Below are positions 61,667 through 64,000 of a stretch of 64,000 nucleotides of DNA, one piece after another. Position numbers and translations under genes: made by a program. The first letter of the stretch is position 1. Each line of letters opens with the position of its first letter. Source of the DNA: an uncultured Oscillospiraceae bacterium (GTDB taxonomy: Bacteria; Bacillota; Clostridia; Saccharofermentanales; UBA5734); contig CAYVHB010000014.1 in NCBI GenBank assembly GCA_964450865.1, forward strand, positions 2,676 to 66,675, written 5' to 3'. Under the pieces are notes generated by a model. It was not told the origin of the DNA. It did no database searches and saw only the letters and a list, made by a program, of their open reading frames with translations.

Positions 61667-64000
61667 ATGCTTAAACCGGGTTTCTATGAGCAAGTCATTG
61701 ACCTGGCCTTGCGGCATGCCCTGCAGGCCAGCCCCGATGCTGCGCACTTCGATTCGCAGATTGAGCGTATCGATGAGGCAGAGGCTGCCCAGATCCTGAC
61801 CCAGTATCTGGCCGGCATTATCAAGGACAGCCTGCATCTGATTCGCGAGAAGCCTGACTGCCAATCAGCAGAATTGGAGCGGTGTGGGGAACAGATTGAT
61901 CGGGCTGACCCCGGTTTGCAGCAGGATCAGGCCCTTGCGCCCGGTTTGCGGCGCCAGATTGACCTGGCCAATCAGCTGATCCGGACCATTTCGCGCGCGA
62001 CTGGTGAACCATCGTATCAGGAGCGGCTGGTTGATCACCGGGCCGAGCAGCTGCTGGCCCTGCTTGACACTACCAATCGTACCCCCGATCAGCACAAACG
62101 CCGGACTTTGCCGCGACCCGCGACCTCATTGACCCTCAGCTCACTCTTTACCGGGACTGTCCATGAGCCCAGCCTGTTTGGCGAGCTCAAGCGGGAAATT
62201 GCGACGGCCGACCGGATCGACTGGCTGGTTTCATTTATCAGATGGAGCGGCCTCATTATACTCCTCGATGATCTGCGGGAATTCACCCGCAATGGCGGCC
62301 GTTTGCGGGTGATCACGACGGCCTATATGGGTGCCAGCGATGTCAAGGCGATTGATGTGCTCAGCCAGCTGCCCCATACCGAGATCCTGGTTTCTTACGA
62401 TACCAGCCGGACCCGGCTGCATGCCAAGTCCTATATTTTCCATCGCCAGACCGGCTTCACGACGGCCTATGTTGGCTCATCCAATCTGTCCAATGCGGCC
62501 ATCAGCGCGGGCCTTGAATGGAATGTCAAGGTCACGGCCCAGGATATGCCCGAGGTCTTGCGCAAAATCGAAGCGACCTTTGAGTCCTATTGCCAAAGCC
62601 GGGAATTTGAGCATTATACAAGCGCAGACCGGGAGCGGCTGGCCGACGCCATCCGCCGTGAGCGCAACAGGGATCCGGGTGCCGGCCTGGCTGCCGATAT
62701 TCAATATTATTTCCAGATCACGCCTTATCCTTATCAGCAGGAGATTCTCGACCGCCTGACAGCCGAGCGTGATATCCGCGGCCATTTCCGCAATCTGGTT
62801 GTCGCGGCGACTGGTACCGGCAAGACGGTGATTGCCGCTTTTGACTATCAGCGCTTTTGCCGGGCTCATCCGGAGCAGGCCAATCGCCTGCTGTTCGTGG
62901 CCCATCGCGAAGAGATCCTGGTCCAGAGCCTGAATTGTTTCCGGGGTGTCCTGCGTGATCCGAACCTGGGTGAATTGTGGGTCGGCGAGCATCGGCCGGC
63001 CAGTCTCGACCATCTGTTTGTCTCGATCCAGACCTTCCATGCCCAGGGTCTGCAAGACCGGCTCCGGCCTGACTTTTATGACTATATTGTCGTCGATGAG
63101 TTCCATCGTGCTGCCACTCCGACCTACCAGCAGCTGCTCAGCGTGCTGCAGCCGCGGATTCTCCTGGGGCTGACCGCTACACCGGAACGCATGGACGAAA
63201 AGGACGTTCTCGACTATTTTGACCAGCGGATTGCCGCCGAGATCCGCCTGCCGGAGGCGATTGAGCGCAAGCTGCTCTGCCCGTTTGTGTATTTTGGCGT
63301 GACCGACGAGGTCGACCTGCGGCAGTTGCGCTGGACACAGGGCGGCTACGACCCGGTCGAGCTGTCCCGGATCCTGACCCTGGATCGGGCTGTGGCCGGG
63401 CGCCGGGCCGCCCTGATCATGGCCTCGCTGGAGCGCTACATCGCTGACCTGGCATCCATGAAGGCGCTCGCTTTCTGCGTCTCGGTCGAGCATGCCCGGT
63501 TCATGGCCGGGCAGTTCAAACGCTATCAGATTCCGGCGCTGGCCCTGACCGCCCTGTCCAGTCCTGCCAAGCGGGCCGACGCCCGGTCCAGCCTTGAGCG
63601 TGGCCAGATCCAGATCCTCTGCGTGGTGGATCTCTTCAATGAGGGCGTCGATATTCCGGCCATCAATACAGTTCTCTTCCTGCGACCAACGGAAAGCCTG
63701 ACCGTCTTTCTCCAGCAGCTCGGGCGTGGCCTGCGCCTGGCTCCCGGCAAGGATTGTCTGACCGTTCTCGATTTTATTGGCCAGGCCCATCAGCGCTTCA
63801 GCTTCGAGGACCGCTTCCGGGCCTTGCTCACCCACACCCGTACCAGTATTGAGCATGAGGTCAGAAACGGCTTTATCCATGTCCCGACGGGCTGCTATAT
63901 TCAGCTGGAACGAGTGGCCAGGGATTATGTGCTTGAGAATATCCGCCAGTCAATCCAGGCCCGGGATGGTCTGCGCTCCCGGTTGCGCACCTTTGCAGCC
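61667..64000 (+). CDS. PLD-nuclease + SF2 helicase (SauUSI/DUF3427-type), 3'-truncated by the window edge; absent from the ORF track
   Basis: ATG 61667, frame appears open to base 64000. RLHAKSYIF...YVGSSNLS (PLD HxK), PYPYQQE, AATGTGKT, DEFH, GLTATPER, VDLFNEGVDIP, QQLGRGLR. Confidence 0.88.
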   Translation, partial: MLKPGFYEQVIDLALRHALQASPDAAHFDSQIERIDEAEAAQILTQYLAGIIKDSLHLIREKPDCQSAELERCGEQIDRADPGLQQDQALAPGLRRQIDLANQLIRTISRATGEPSYQERLVDHRAEQLLALLDTTNRTPDQHKRRTLPRPATSLTLSSLFTGTVHEPSLFGELKREIATADRIDWLVSFIRWSGLIILLDDLREFTRNGGRLRVITTAYMGASDVKAIDVLSQLPHTEILVSYDTSRTRLHAKSYIFHRQTGFTTAYVGSSNLSNAAISAGLEWNVKVTAQDMPEVLRKIEATFESYCQSREFEHYTSADRERLADAIRRERNRDPGAGLAADIQYYFQITPYPYQQEILDRLTAERDIRGHFRNLVVAATGTGKTVIAAFDYQRFCRAHPEQANRLLFVAHREEILVQSLNCFRGVLRDPNLGELWVGEHRPASLDHLFVSIQTFHAQGLQDRLRPDFYDYIVVDEFHRAATPTYQQLLSVLQPRILLGLTATPERMDEKDVLDYFDQRIAAEIRLPEAIERKLLCPFVYFGVTDEVDLRQLRWTQGGYDPVELSRILTLDRAVAGRRAALIMASLERYIADLASMKALAFCVSVEHARFMAGQFKRYQIPALALTALSSPAKRADARSSLERGQIQILCVVDLFNEGVDIPAINTVLFLRPTESLTVFLQQLGRGLRLAPGKDCLTVLDFIGQAHQRFSFEDRFRALLTHTRTSIEHEVRNGFIHVPTGCYIQLERVARDYVLENIRQSIQARDGLRSRLRTFAA

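Noticed and set aside
62477-63880. 467-aa minus-strand ORF
   Set aside because: Antisense shadow of the PLD-helicase, which has all expected motifs on the plus strand.

Overview
64-kb window from a moderately GC-rich bacterium, probably an anaerobic Firmicute/Clostridia-type organism (inferred from gene content, not proven). It holds about 55 CDS, one tRNA-Ser(UGA) and one apparently complete IS200/IS605 element (tnpA+tnpB) sitting between a cadC-like repressor and its cadA-like P1B-ATPase. There is no CRISPR array or rRNA. Most interesting region (11.0-21.7 kb): two polar amino-acid ABC transporter sets whose ATPases both carry a C-terminal degenerate RsbW/SpoIIAB-like (HATPase_c_2) domain and whose binding proteins are circularly permuted. 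They are flanked by two STAS anti-anti-sigma proteins, a stand-alone RsbW-like protein and an MBL-hydrolase/pseudo-histidine-kinase fusion, with no sigma factor or PP2C phosphatase recognisable in the window. This is a candidate transporter-coupled partner-switching system. Other highlights are a carrier-protein-free cluster (GAP exporter, condensation domain, adenylate-forming enzyme, ALDH, Fe-ADH), aguAB, melA with an AraC regulator, a beta-eliminating lyase with TPL-type residues, three c-di-GMP enzymes, a lipoprotein gene broken by an in-frame TAA, a SauUSI-like PLD-helicase running off the right edge, and many short tandem duplications at gene boundaries. All family assignments are from motif recognition by eye; no database searches were run.
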